Origin: Candidatus Gastranaerophilales bacterium
GTDB lineage: Bacteria > Cyanobacteriota > Vampirovibrionia > Gastranaerophilales > Gastranaerophilaceae
Direction of reading: 5' to 3'
NCBI GenBank assembly: GCA_944325865.1
Contig: CALVBS010000003.1
Coordinates: 11,223 to 75,222, forward strand
DNA: 64,000 bases
Positions 45,093-54,317 of the stretch are shown in pieces. Positions within the stretch are counted from its first letter, which is position 1; every line of letters begins with the position of its first letter. The position numbers were made by a program, and so were the translations under genes. The notes beneath the pieces were generated by a model. That model ran no database searches. It saw only the letters and a program-made list of their open reading frames with translations, and was not told the DNA's origin.

Positions 45093-45899
45093 TTATTTTT
45101 CACAGTATGCGACGAGTTTTTCATAATCCGAATATAGACCGACTTCTGTCAATTCTTCAATATAAGGGTTTTTTAGTGAATATAATGTAACATTCTTATA
45201 ATACATTTTTAGAATGAAATAAAGCTCACCTGCATTGAATTCTTCAACATGCCATTTATATGGAGGAGTAATAAGGTTTTGGATATCTTTGTAACGATCT
45301 CTATTCGGTGTGCTTATAACGGCCTTGTCTGCAAGTAGAGAAAATTCATCCAGAAAGGATTTATAGTCTTGAATATGTTCAATAACATCAACGGTTATCG
45401 CTAAATCAAATTTTCCGTATTTATTTAATAATGTAGGGATGTTATCTGTACAATAAATTACATTATCAAGTTTTCTATTTTCTAAAACCCATTGTGTCGA
45501 TTTTGGGTCAATTTCACTTGCAACAAATTTAATATCAGGATGTTTCTGTGCGTTATTCCATTCAAAGGTTCCTACACCAGAACCGATATTGACTACATTT
45601 TTAACATTGTGTAAGAAATATTTTCCTATTGTTTTATTTGCAATAACCATGTCTTCATACTCAAATGGATTGTCCATTTCTATTTGTTTTTGCTTATCTT
45701 CTATGTTACTAATCCAAATTTCAGGATTCTCAACATATTGTATCCCTTCAGCAGGTATAGCCGCACGATTATAAATACTTTTAATTGGTTTAGAAATTTT
45801 CTTTTTAATTCTGAAGCCGGCTATTGTGATAACTTTAAATTTTTTGCCATTAAGGTAGATATTACCTACTGAGAAAATGTTTTGCAATAATTTTTTCAT
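45093..45899 (-). CDS. Class I SAM-dependent methyltransferase with N-terminal IFSxxN module
   Basis: VVNIGSGVGTFE and DLAITVDVIEHI motifs. ATG45899 (MKKLLQNIFSVGN) follows AGGAAA; the track starts at 45926. Confidence 0.8.
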   Translation of the reverse strand: MKKLLQNIFSVGNIYLNGKKFKVITIAGFRIKKKISKPIKSIYNRAAIPAEGIQYVENPEIWISNIEDKQKQIEMDNPFEYEDMVIANKTIGKYFLHNVKNVVNIGSGVGTFEWNNAQKHPDIKFVASEIDPKSTQWVLENRKLDNVIYCTDNIPTLLNKYGKFDLAITVDVIEHIQDYKSFLDEFSLLADKAVISTPNRDRYKDIQNLITPPYKWHVEEFNAGELYFILKMYYKNVTLYSLKNPYIEELTEVGLYSDYEKLVAYCEK

Positions 45900-45961
45900 A
45901 AATTTTTTCCTTTCTAAATTTTTCATACAAAAAGTCAGAGTACTTTAGTACTCTGACTAAG
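45826..45961 (-). repeat. Direct repeat copy 1 (136 nt): terminator hairpin, RBS and first ~25 codons
   Basis: Matches 46946..47080 with one substitution and one 1-nt indel in a T-run, by hand alignment. Confidence 0.9.
45929..45958 (-). terminator. Terminator-like hairpin between the ATP-grasp and methyltransferase genes
   Basis: AGTCAGAGTACT / AGTACTCTGACT stem followed by T5 on the minus strand. Confidence 0.6.
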
Positions 45962-45969
45962 CAACCTTT

Positions 45970-47019
45970 TTATAATTTTGTTTGTAAAGAATTTTCTTTC
46001 TGAATTCTATCAGAGAGACAGTCTTGCCCTCCCTCCCCATTCTGAGATGCAGGCAGGGTAAGCATTTCACCGAGTTTGTAATCCCATTCTTCAGGTTCAA
46101 ATTTTTCCAATCCTGCCCAATGGAAAAATGTTAATTCAGAAAATTTAAAACTATCTTTAGTTTTATAAAAATCACATCTCACAAATGGGAAACTTTTACA
46201 CACATTTTGAGCAAATTGTAACATTTTATCAAAATATACAGGCTTTTCAATTAATTTATCAAAATTCGGATAATGATCAACTATCGGCAGTTTTTCCCAA
46301 TTAAGACTGTAAAAGTTTGCACTTGTATTTGGTGTTTTGTCATCAAATACTATCCAAAACATTTCAGGCTTGCCGTTAAAACAGAAAAATTCCAATTTAT
46401 ATTCAAAATCCAACAACTCTTCACAAACAATCATTGGTTTGATGTCTCTATACCCTGTTTCGAATGAATAATAATAATGATTAGATTCTTTTTTAAGCCA
46501 AGATTCCATCATATTTTTTACTTTTTCAAATTCTAAAGACTTCTTATCTTTAACGATTAATTGTAAACCTGAACCCCAGTTTGATTTTAAAACAAATTGC
46601 TCAGGCAATGAAGAAAAATCAATTTCTTCTGGTCTATGATAAATCCCATATTGTTTTACAAGATGGACCGGAGCCGCCCCTGTCTTTTCAAGAAAATAAT
46701 CTCTAGCTCTAACTTTGTCAGCACATACAGACATTAGGCTGTTTTCATAATTTAATTTTAACCAATTTAACTTTTCGTTAAAAGTTTTTGGGTTATCAAG
46801 GTTTGGTTTATAGCCAATAGCTTGTTCAAATTGATGTTCAATAATATATTTTTTATCTTTAAGTGAAAGATTCGGGTCGTATTTTCTGGCGAGAAGTTTT
46901 TCAAGTTTAGATTTCTTGTGGATTTTTATTTTCAGTCCAGCAACAGTGATAACTTTAAATTTTTTGCCATTACGGTAGATATTACCTACTGAGAAAATGT
47001 TTTGCAATAATTTTTTCAT
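45970..47019 (-). CDS. TupA-like ATP-grasp amidoligase-family protein with N-terminal IFSxxN module
   Basis: KPNLDNPKTFNEKLNWLKL...FVLKSNWGSG...FSELTFFHWAG pattern typical of the TupA-like ATP-grasp family. ATG47019 preferred over the track's TTG47049. Confidence 0.8.
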   Translation of the reverse strand: MKKLLQNIFSVGNIYRNGKKFKVITVAGLKIKIHKKSKLEKLLARKYDPNLSLKDKKYIIEHQFEQAIGYKPNLDNPKTFNEKLNWLKLNYENSLMSVCADKVRARDYFLEKTGAAPVHLVKQYGIYHRPEEIDFSSLPEQFVLKSNWGSGLQLIVKDKKSLEFEKVKNMMESWLKKESNHYYYSFETGYRDIKPMIVCEELLDFEYKLEFFCFNGKPEMFWIVFDDKTPNTSANFYSLNWEKLPIVDHYPNFDKLIEKPVYFDKMLQFAQNVCKSFPFVRCDFYKTKDSFKFSELTFFHWAGLEKFEPEEWDYKLGEMLTLPASQNGEGGQDCLSDRIQKENSLQTKL

Positions 47020-47080
47020 AAATTTTTCCTTTCTAAATTTTTCATACAAAAAGTCAGAGTACTTTAGTACTCTGACTAAG
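46946..47080 (-). repeat. Direct repeat copy 2 (135 nt)
   Basis: See copy 1. The spacing between copies is 1120 bp. Confidence 0.9.
47048..47077 (-). terminator. Terminator-like hairpin (identical to 45929..45958)
   Basis: Same 12-bp stem plus T-run, 36 nt after the stop of 47113..48987. Confidence 0.6.
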
Positions 47081-47112
47081 CCGCTTTTCTATAACGTTGT
47101 TTGTTAAACTTA

Positions 47113-48987
47113 TTAGTTCTGAATGCTGTCAGGGACAGAACCTTGCCCCCCCCCCCCATTCTGAGATGCAGGCAGGGTAAGCATTTCCCCGAGTTTATAA
47201 TCCCACTCTACCGGCTCAAAAGCTTCAAGTCCATTAAAATGATAAAATGTTATTTCACCAAAATAAATTTTATTACCAATTAAAAATAAATCAATTCTGG
47301 CATGAAGAAAATCTTTTGATAGCTTTTTTGCTACATTAAGCATTTCTTGAAAACATTCCGGTTTTGGTATTTTTTTGTTACTAACATCATAATGTTGTTT
47401 AAATGGAAGTAAATTAAAATCTAAATCATAAAAATTGAATTTTAAGTCTTTATGCCTGTCAATTCCCACAAACAAAAAGCTCGGATTTCCATTGTTGCAA
47501 AATATTTTATAATCCAATAAGTTCCCGTCTATTTGCTCAATATATTTTTCAGCAATAATTTTAGGCTGAATATTCTTATAACACCATTCAAACCCGAAAT
47601 AGTAATGATTAGAATGCGGCTTCAACCATTCTTTTAATTTAGCTTTAGCTTCTTTAATATCAAGTTTTGATTTATCTTTAACAATAATATTCTGCCCGCT
47701 GCCCCAGTTAACTTTTAGTACAAATTGCTCCGGAAGTTTGTCAAAATCAATTTCGTCAGGGGAATCCCAGACGCCTAAAAGCGGGATTAAGTATTCTTCC
47801 CCGATTTTTTCTTTGACATAATCTCTGACAAGATATTTATCAGCACATTTGGTCAAAAGCGGGTCTTCGTTATAAAGTTTGAGCCATTGAAGTTTTTCGT
47901 TGAAACTTTTCGGATTATCAATATTTGGTTTATACCCGACAGCCTGCTCAAACTGGTGCTCAATAATATATTTTTTATCATCGAGTGAAAGATTCGGATC
48001 GTATTTTCTTGCTAAAAGTTTTTCAAGTTTAGATTTCTTGTGGATTTTGATTTTCACTCCAGCAAGCGTAATAACTTTGTATTTTTTGAATTTGTGAGTT
48101 TGATTTTTTATTGAAAATAGGTTTTGCACTAATTCTTTTCTGGCGTTTTTATTCAGCTCTTTATATAATTCCTTGAAATCATTATAAAAAGGTGTGAGTT
48201 TCGTGTATTTTTTATAGTCATCAAAATGTTTAACATTTTTGTTATTCCAAGGTTTATATGGACTTGCCCAGTGTATAATTACAGGATTATTTTTATCCTT
48301 ATGGAATTTTGATAATGCCTTTTTGTTGTCCCATACAGCAGGTCTAAAATTGAATTTTTGATTAAGATATAATATCTTATCATACAGAGTAATATTAAAA
48401 ATACACTGGTCGTAATATTTATATATGCCTCTATATTTCTTTTCTTTTTCAAATAACAAATCTTCAATATGATTTTGTCGCCATAATTTTAGATTCGCAA
48501 GCATTACTCCGGTATTACAATATTTATAATTATCCGGAATGTCTAAGCTTCTTTGATAATAGCTAGCACCTTCTTCTGTAGAAGGACAGCATGCCATATA
48601 ATAATTATCAATATTTGTGTTCCAAAGTTCGGATAAACTGTCCACAATAATTAAATCTGCATCCATAAAAATTATTTTATCAATATCTTTTAATATAGAA
48701 GATATCATCATTCGATAATTTGTAACCATAGGAATATCAGCTCTGGTATCATTTCTTTGTTCATGATGGAGTTTTTTGTTTTGTGCATAATATTTAATTT
48801 CAAAATCTTTAATGTGCTTTAATTGAGCTAATTTATTTTTACTTTCTTGAGTAATACTTCCGTCATTAATAATATGGAAAGTAAAAGTTTCGTCCGCTTT
48901 ACTATTTTTTAATATTGATGCTATTACAACAGAACAGTATTTTACATATCCATCATCAATTACAAATCCGATATCTATATTTGTCAT
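47113..48987 (-). CDS. Bifunctional GT8 glycosyltransferase / TupA-like ATP-grasp protein joined by an IFSxKN linker module
   Basis: 624 aa. The N-terminal half is GT8-like (IGFVIDDGYV, FMDADLIIV DxD, NTGVMLANL). The C-terminal half is paralogous to 45970..47019. Confidence 0.85.
   Translation of the reverse strand: MTNIDIGFVIDDGYVKYCSVVIASILKNSKADETFTFHIINDGSITQESKNKLAQLKHIKDFEIKYYAQNKKLHHEQRNDTRADIPMVTNYRMMISSILKDIDKIIFMDADLIIVDSLSELWNTNIDNYYMACCPSTEEGASYYQRSLDIPDNYKYCNTGVMLANLKLWRQNHIEDLLFEKEKKYRGIYKYYDQCIFNITLYDKILYLNQKFNFRPAVWDNKKALSKFHKDKNNPVIIHWASPYKPWNNKNVKHFDDYKKYTKLTPFYNDFKELYKELNKNARKELVQNLFSIKNQTHKFKKYKVITLAGVKIKIHKKSKLEKLLARKYDPNLSLDDKKYIIEHQFEQAVGYKPNIDNPKSFNEKLQWLKLYNEDPLLTKCADKYLVRDYVKEKIGEEYLIPLLGVWDSPDEIDFDKLPEQFVLKVNWGSGQNIIVKDKSKLDIKEAKAKLKEWLKPHSNHYYFGFEWCYKNIQPKIIAEKYIEQIDGNLLDYKIFCNNGNPSFLFVGIDRHKDLKFNFYDLDFNLLPFKQHYDVSNKKIPKPECFQEMLNVAKKLSKDFLHARIDLFLIGNKIYFGEITFYHFNGLEAFEPVEWDYKLGEMLTLPASQNGGGGQGSVPDSIQN
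47146..47157 (-). repeat. Homopolymeric C12 (G12 on the coding strand) near the 3' end of the GT8-ATP-grasp gene
   Basis: Counted directly. It encodes GGGG, 10 codons before the stop. Confidence 0.95.
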
Positions 48988-49021
48988 TAGACACTTTCCT
49001 CCATAATCTGTGTTTATTGAA

Positions 49022-50122
49022 TTATTCGTTATGTTCAGCTATTAACATTGTTTCATGCAAAAATTTAGTATTATGACATTTTATAATTTTGAATTTATAT
49101 CCTAAATTCCAGCTTTCAATCATTGGCTTTATTTCAAACAGGTCATGCATATTATGGTAGATTGAGATTAACAGTACAGGTCTTTGCGTACAGATTGTCT
49201 CTTTTGCCCCTTCCAGAAGTTGAGGTTCAAAGCCTTCTACATCAGTTTTTATTAATCCAATATTTAAATTATTATTTTTTACATATTCATCTAAAGTGAT
49301 AATGTTTATTTCTTCTTTTTGCATTCCTTCTCTATTACTTTCTAAGATTGTTGAGCCGCTGTCGTGAACATTTATATGAACTGTTTCTGTTTTATTTCCA
49401 ACGGCATATTTTACAGGAATTACATTTTGTAAATTATTCATTTGGATAGTTTTTAAAAGCATATTATAATTTTCATTTACAGGTTCAAAAGCGTGAATTT
49501 TAACTCCATTTTGAGTAATTTCTGAAAATATACAGGCAGAATCTCCTATAAAAGCATCGGCATCAATTATGTCGTTATTTTTTATAAGTTCTATACTTTT
49601 TTCTGATAATTTGTCTATTCCATGTTTAAAATAAAAGGCTTCACCTCCACATTTTAAAGGTAGTAGATATTTACCATGTTTCCAAATATTAGGTGCAAGC
49701 ATAATAATCTTTGAATCAAAGTTATCATATTGTTTTAGAATTTCTTCCTTTTCTTTTTCTGTAAATAAATCAATAGTTTTTTTATGCAAATTATTCTTTA
49801 TAAGATTAAATCTGTAGATAATCCGGTCTATAACTTCAATACTTTCAGCATCCAAATTTTTTATTAATGCAAAATATTTTTCTTTTAAATCTTTAGGTAA
49901 TTCTTCTTTAGAAAAATCTAGCCAATATTTTTCAAAATGATGTTTATATAATGTTAGATTTTCTTTTTCTATAGAATTATCAAATAAGATATTCTTATTA
50001 TTTAGATTCATTATTTTATGTTTAACCTTTAAGCCGCAAAGTCTAAGGACTTTGAATTTTTTATTATTAACAGTTTCATTTTTAACTGAAAAAATGCTGT
50101 CAATGAATTGTTTTATTTGCAT
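49022..50122 (-). CDS. FkbM-family methyltransferase with N-terminal IFSxKN module
   Basis: 366 aa. IIDADAFIGDSACIFSE, HAFEPV.ENY, LIKTDVEGFE, ISIYH blocks. Confidence 0.8.
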   Translation of the reverse strand: MQIKQFIDSIFSVKNETVNNKKFKVLRLCGLKVKHKIMNLNNKNILFDNSIEKENLTLYKHHFEKYWLDFSKEELPKDLKEKYFALIKNLDAESIEVIDRIIYRFNLIKNNLHKKTIDLFTEKEKEEILKQYDNFDSKIIMLAPNIWKHGKYLLPLKCGGEAFYFKHGIDKLSEKSIELIKNNDIIDADAFIGDSACIFSEITQNGVKIHAFEPVNENYNMLLKTIQMNNLQNVIPVKYAVGNKTETVHINVHDSGSTILESNREGMQKEEINIITLDEYVKNNNLNIGLIKTDVEGFEPQLLEGAKETICTQRPVLLISIYHNMHDLFEIKPMIESWNLGYKFKIIKCHNTKFLHETMLIAEHNE

Positions 50123-50166
50123 TTGTTCTCCTTTCAGAATAATAGTTTACATACTTGATTAGTTTT

Positions 50167-51126
50167 TTATTTCCGTAGTTTTTCTTGCTCTCTCCATTCT
50201 ATAAATTTTCTAATTCCTTCTTCAAAAGTTGTTTGCGGGTTATAGTTTAACAGGAGTCTGGCTTTGGTTATGTCTGCGACTGTTTTATCAACATCCCCAG
50301 GCTGCATAGGCAGGCTTTCGATTTTTGCCTTTTTACCAAGAACTTTTTCAATAGTCGCTATCATTTCATTTAAAGTTATAGGCGAACCGCCTCCAAGATT
50401 GATTATCTCATATGGCGTTTTGTCATAGTTTATTGCTGACATAATTCCGTTTACTATATCGTCAATGTATGTATAGTCACGCATTGTGGTTCCGTCACCA
50501 TAGACCGGAATCGGTTTATCCTGTTCTATTAATTCTATAAATTTTCTTATTGCTAGATCCGGTCTTTGCCGCGGTCCGTAAACCGTAAAAAATCTTAAAC
50601 ACAACGCTTGCATATCATAAAGTTTTGAATATGTATATAAGAATTGTTCACACGCTGATTTCGTTGCTGCATATGGAGAAATTGGCTCCGTAACTTTTAA
50701 ATCTTCAGTGAACTTTTCTGCTTTGCAGTTTCCGTAAACAGAACTGGAAGACGCAAACACAATCTTTTTAACATTATGTTCCTTCATTAATTCAAGAATA
50801 TTTATTGTTCCGGCAATATTTGATTGAACAAATAATTTAGGATTACTGATAGAGGCTCTGACGCCTGCACTGGCCGCAATATGAACAACTACATCAATGG
50901 AATATTCATTAAAAGCTTGTTCCGCAATATGTTTATCACAAATATCACCAATAAAAAGTTTAAAGTTAGGGTTATTAATATATGGATTAATATTTTTCCA
51001 CTTTAACTCAGGTGGATAGTAATCATTCATATTATCGATAAGAATTGTTTTATGATTTTGAGCGAGTAATTTATCTGTTAACGACGAACCGATAAACCCC
51101 GCCCCGCCTGTGATTAGTATTTGCAT
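50167..51126 (-). CDS. NAD-dependent sugar-nucleotide epimerase (UDP-glucuronate 4-epimerase-like SDR)
   Basis: 319 aa. [29 protein letters not shown]. Confidence 0.85.
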   Translation of the reverse strand: MQILITGGAGFIGSSLTDKLLAQNHKTILIDNMNDYYPPELKWKNINPYINNPNFKLFIGDICDKHIAEQAFNEYSIDVVVHIAASAGVRASISNPKLFVQSNIAGTINILELMKEHNVKKIVFASSSSVYGNCKAEKFTEDLKVTEPISPYAATKSACEQFLYTYSKLYDMQALCLRFFTVYGPRQRPDLAIRKFIELIEQDKPIPVYGDGTTMRDYTYIDDIVNGIMSAINYDKTPYEIINLGGGSPITLNEMIATIEKVLGKKAKIESLPMQPGDVDKTVADITKARLLLNYNPQTTFEEGIRKFIEWREQEKLRK

Positions 51127-53231
51127 TATCTTTTCCCTTTATGAACAAATGTACAAAAATTTTTATAATCAACTCTGGTATTAGGAAAATATATGACATC
51201 TTCTGTTAAAATATTATGTTTCCATAATAAGTAAGGAAGTGAAAGTTGATCTCTCTTTGTATAATTTTCAACCATATACCACCAGTCTTCCATAAGTGAA
51301 ATAATTTCTGGTTTGTTATGCTGACGGTATATAATATTATTTTCAGGCATTCCGTAATTTTTAGGAAAACCGTTGTCTTGTAAAAGTTTTAAATGAGCCT
51401 GCATAATTTCAGGTTTATCAACTTTTTCCCATAGAACCCATTCAAATTCTTTATATAGACATATTGTACTTGCATGCTCAGCAAGCATAATGCTTTTGTG
51501 TTTTTTATAATTATCAATAATTTTAAATAATTTATCTGTTAAAATATTAATATTTGCATCAATATAGATACTTTCATCATATTCGGAAAGTATCAAGTGC
51601 GGATTAATTTTATGCCAGCGGTTATTTCTAGTGTCATCATGTTCAGTGAACTGTAGCGGTCTGATTTTCCAAATACCGAATTGTTTTTGATTAATAAGGT
51701 TTTGATTGTCTGTAAAACATACATAGTCCCAGTCAAAATTGATAAAAGTATAACCTTTGATTTCTTCCAAATCATCATAATTGCCAGTAATACATGTATA
51801 TACTACTTTATTGGACGGTTTATTCTTTCTAATATTATTATATTCAATAATATCATCTTCACAAAATTCATATTTATTGCATAAAAAAGCATCCTTGTAT
51901 CTATAGCGTCCTTCGTTTAAAAAATAAAGTAAAGGATTTTCTTTAATTTGTGGATATCTTTCTATGTAGTTGTTTCCATCGAAAATAAATGAAGGATTAA
52001 TATTTTCTTTCCAACCCTTAATAAGGTAATGTTGAAGTACTCCTAATTTATCAAGATTTAAACTTGGACATTGCCTGTTATAATATTTGTAATCAATTAA
52101 TCCAGAATCTCTAAGTTGATTAATTTCATAGTTATTTAGTAATGATTTATTATCCACTCCTCGTTTTGTCATATTTTTATTTCTTCTGATTTTAAGTTTC
52201 AAACCTAATATAGATACAACTTTATGAGTATGATTATTTTTAATAGAAAATAGTTTTTCAAGAAAACTGTTTTTCAAGAAAACTGTTTTACCTAAGGAGT
52301 CAAAATATTTTACATCCAGTTTTTTCACTGCATTAATAAACTTTGATTTGTTTAATATCCCTAAGTCTAATGTATTTAGGTCATAAGAAAGTTTTTCTAG
52401 TACCTGTTTTTGGTTTTTACCATTTTGAAAATTATAATCTTCAAAGAATAAGTATTTTAAGTTTGAATGAAACATATCATAATGTTTTTGTGTAAGATTA
52501 TTTTTGTTATAGTATTTTATTAATGATGGAATTAATACAATATTATCAAAAATTTTTGTACTAGTTTTCAGCAACCTACTTCCCATAATTGAATCTGATC
52601 GTTGAACATAGTTGTATAAGTATTGAGGAATATAATATCCATATTTAGCCCAAACTGCATATTGTAACCAAAAAGCAAAGTCATCATGTCCAGAGTTTGT
52701 TAGAAATTTAATTTCATGAGCATCAATGATAGATTTTTTATATAATTTGCTCCAAGTTGTAACAACAGTTTTGCTAATAACATAATCTGTAACAATGATT
52801 TTACCAATAAAATTAATATTATAATATTGAGTAATTTTTGATTTAATTGCATCATTATTATACTCAAAAATAGGATTAGCACTCCAACATACATAGTCAA
52901 CATTGTTATTAAGCATTGCTTCATATGCAAGTTTAAATGTATTTGTGTCTATCCAGTCGTCACCATCAACAAATGTTAGATATTCTGCAGATACTTCATT
53001 TAAGCCCGCATTCCATGCAGAAGATAATCCTCCGTTTTCTTTATTTATGATTTTTATTCGTTTATCTTTTTGGGCATATTCTTCTAAAATAGATAAAGAA
53101 TTATCGGTTGAGCCATCATTGATACAAATAATTTCAATATCACTAAATGTTTGGTTAATAACACTATCAAGACATTTTACTAAATATTTTTCAATGTTAT
53201 ACACAGGAATAATTACTGAAATTTTAGCCAC
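51126..53231 (-). CDS. Bifunctional GT2 glycosyltransferase / DUF616-like putative glycosyltransferase joined by an IFSxKN linker module
   Basis: 701 aa. N-terminal ISVIIPVYN...INDGSTDNS...DGDD. C-terminal VVYTCITGNYDDL...CFTDN...SIYIDANI...RDQLSLPYLLWK, a DUF616-type pattern as I recall it. Confidence 0.8.
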   Translation of the reverse strand: MAKISVIIPVYNIEKYLVKCLDSVINQTFSDIEIICINDGSTDNSLSILEEYAQKDKRIKIINKENGGLSSAWNAGLNEVSAEYLTFVDGDDWIDTNTFKLAYEAMLNNNVDYVCWSANPIFEYNNDAIKSKITQYYNINFIGKIIVTDYVISKTVVTTWSKLYKKSIIDAHEIKFLTNSGHDDFAFWLQYAVWAKYGYYIPQYLYNYVQRSDSIMGSRLLKTSTKIFDNIVLIPSLIKYYNKNNLTQKHYDMFHSNLKYLFFEDYNFQNGKNQKQVLEKLSYDLNTLDLGILNKSKFINAVKKLDVKYFDSLGKTVFLKNSFLEKLFSIKNNHTHKVVSILGLKLKIRRNKNMTKRGVDNKSLLNNYEINQLRDSGLIDYKYYNRQCPSLNLDKLGVLQHYLIKGWKENINPSFIFDGNNYIERYPQIKENPLLYFLNEGRYRYKDAFLCNKYEFCEDDIIEYNNIRKNKPSNKVVYTCITGNYDDLEEIKGYTFINFDWDYVCFTDNQNLINQKQFGIWKIRPLQFTEHDDTRNNRWHKINPHLILSEYDESIYIDANINILTDKLFKIIDNYKKHKSIMLAEHASTICLYKEFEWVLWEKVDKPEIMQAHLKLLQDNGFPKNYGMPENNIIYRQHNKPEIISLMEDWWYMVENYTKRDQLSLPYLLWKHNILTEDVIYFPNTRVDYKNFCTFVHKGKR
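52254..52285 (-). repeat. Exact 16-nt tandem duplication (2 copies) within coding sequence
   Basis: TTTTTCAAGAAAACTG repeated at 52254-52269 and 52270-52285 (plus strand). Confidence 0.9.
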
Positions 53232-54303
53232 AATAATTCTCCGTATTTTTTTTACGTATTTTTATTTTTGTACCCAATATACAAATAACTTTATGATTAT
53301 TATCATTTTTTAGTGAGAATATTTTTTCAATGAATGAATATTTAGGTTTTATTTTTAAAAGTTTCAGAGCTAGTTTCGTATCACCATTTTTAATAGCTTT
53401 AATTAATGTTATATCGTCAAAGAATGTAATATTTAATAGTTGTTTTTGTAGTATTGAAAACATCTGGATTTTGTTAGAATTGTCTAAAAAAGACCCCCAA
53501 TATTTTATTATATTGATATATATTTCTTTATATTTTTTTGTAATTTCTTTGGGGATAATAGGCGTTTTTAACATAAACAATGTTACATCATTATATGCAT
53601 ATAAAAAGTCAAAATCATTTGTTTTATCTTTTTTATATAAATTTTCCATCAACGAGTTTGGATTAGATATATTATAATTGTATAATATTTCATTAAGACC
53701 ATAATATGAAGAACTTATTGCTAGATATTTTAAAATAAAACTGGCATCTTCATGTTTATAACTAATAGGAAAACGAATCTGGAATTTTTCAATAAATGAC
53801 TTTTTAAATATTTTATTCCATAAAATAACATTGATCATATTAATCGTCTTATTATTAATTTTATTATATCCAATAAGTTTTAAATTATGATAATTTAGCT
53901 CTTTCGATTGTCTTATTGTTGTAATCTGTTTATCTTTTAAATACTTACAATCACACATAACAAGATCAACGTTATACGAAAGTATTGCATTGATCATTTT
54001 TTGACACATATCTGGTTCATAATAATCATCAGAATCACAGAACATTAAGAATTGACCAGTGGCATTATCTAATCCATTATTTCTGGCAGTGGCAGCTCCT
54101 GAATTCGTTTGATTTATAACAATAATTCTCTTATCTTTGGTAGCATATTCATTTAATATATTTAGAGAATTATCAGTTGAACCATCATTAATGCAAAGTA
54201 TTTCAATATTTTTATATGTTTGATTAATTAAACTATCTAAACATCTTACTAAATATTTTTCAGTATTATATATTGGAACTATTATTGATATAAGATTATC
54301 CAT
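53224..54303 (-). CDS. GT2 glycosyltransferase with C-terminal IFSxKN module
   Basis: 359 aa. ISIIVPIYN, INDGSTDNS, CDSDD. The tail is IEKIFSLKNDNNHKVICILGTKIKIRKK. Confidence 0.85.
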   Translation of the reverse strand: MDNLISIIVPIYNTEKYLVRCLDSLINQTYKNIEILCINDGSTDNSLNILNEYATKDKRIIVINQTNSGAATARNNGLDNATGQFLMFCDSDDYYEPDMCQKMINAILSYNVDLVMCDCKYLKDKQITTIRQSKELNYHNLKLIGYNKINNKTINMINVILWNKIFKKSFIEKFQIRFPISYKHEDASFILKYLAISSSYYGLNEILYNYNISNPNSLMENLYKKDKTNDFDFLYAYNDVTLFMLKTPIIPKEITKKYKEIYINIIKYWGSFLDNSNKIQMFSILQKQLLNITFFDDITLIKAIKNGDTKLALKLLKIKPKYSFIEKIFSLKNDNNHKVICILGTKIKIRKKNTENYCG

Positions 54304-54317
54304 TATTTCTCCCGTTA

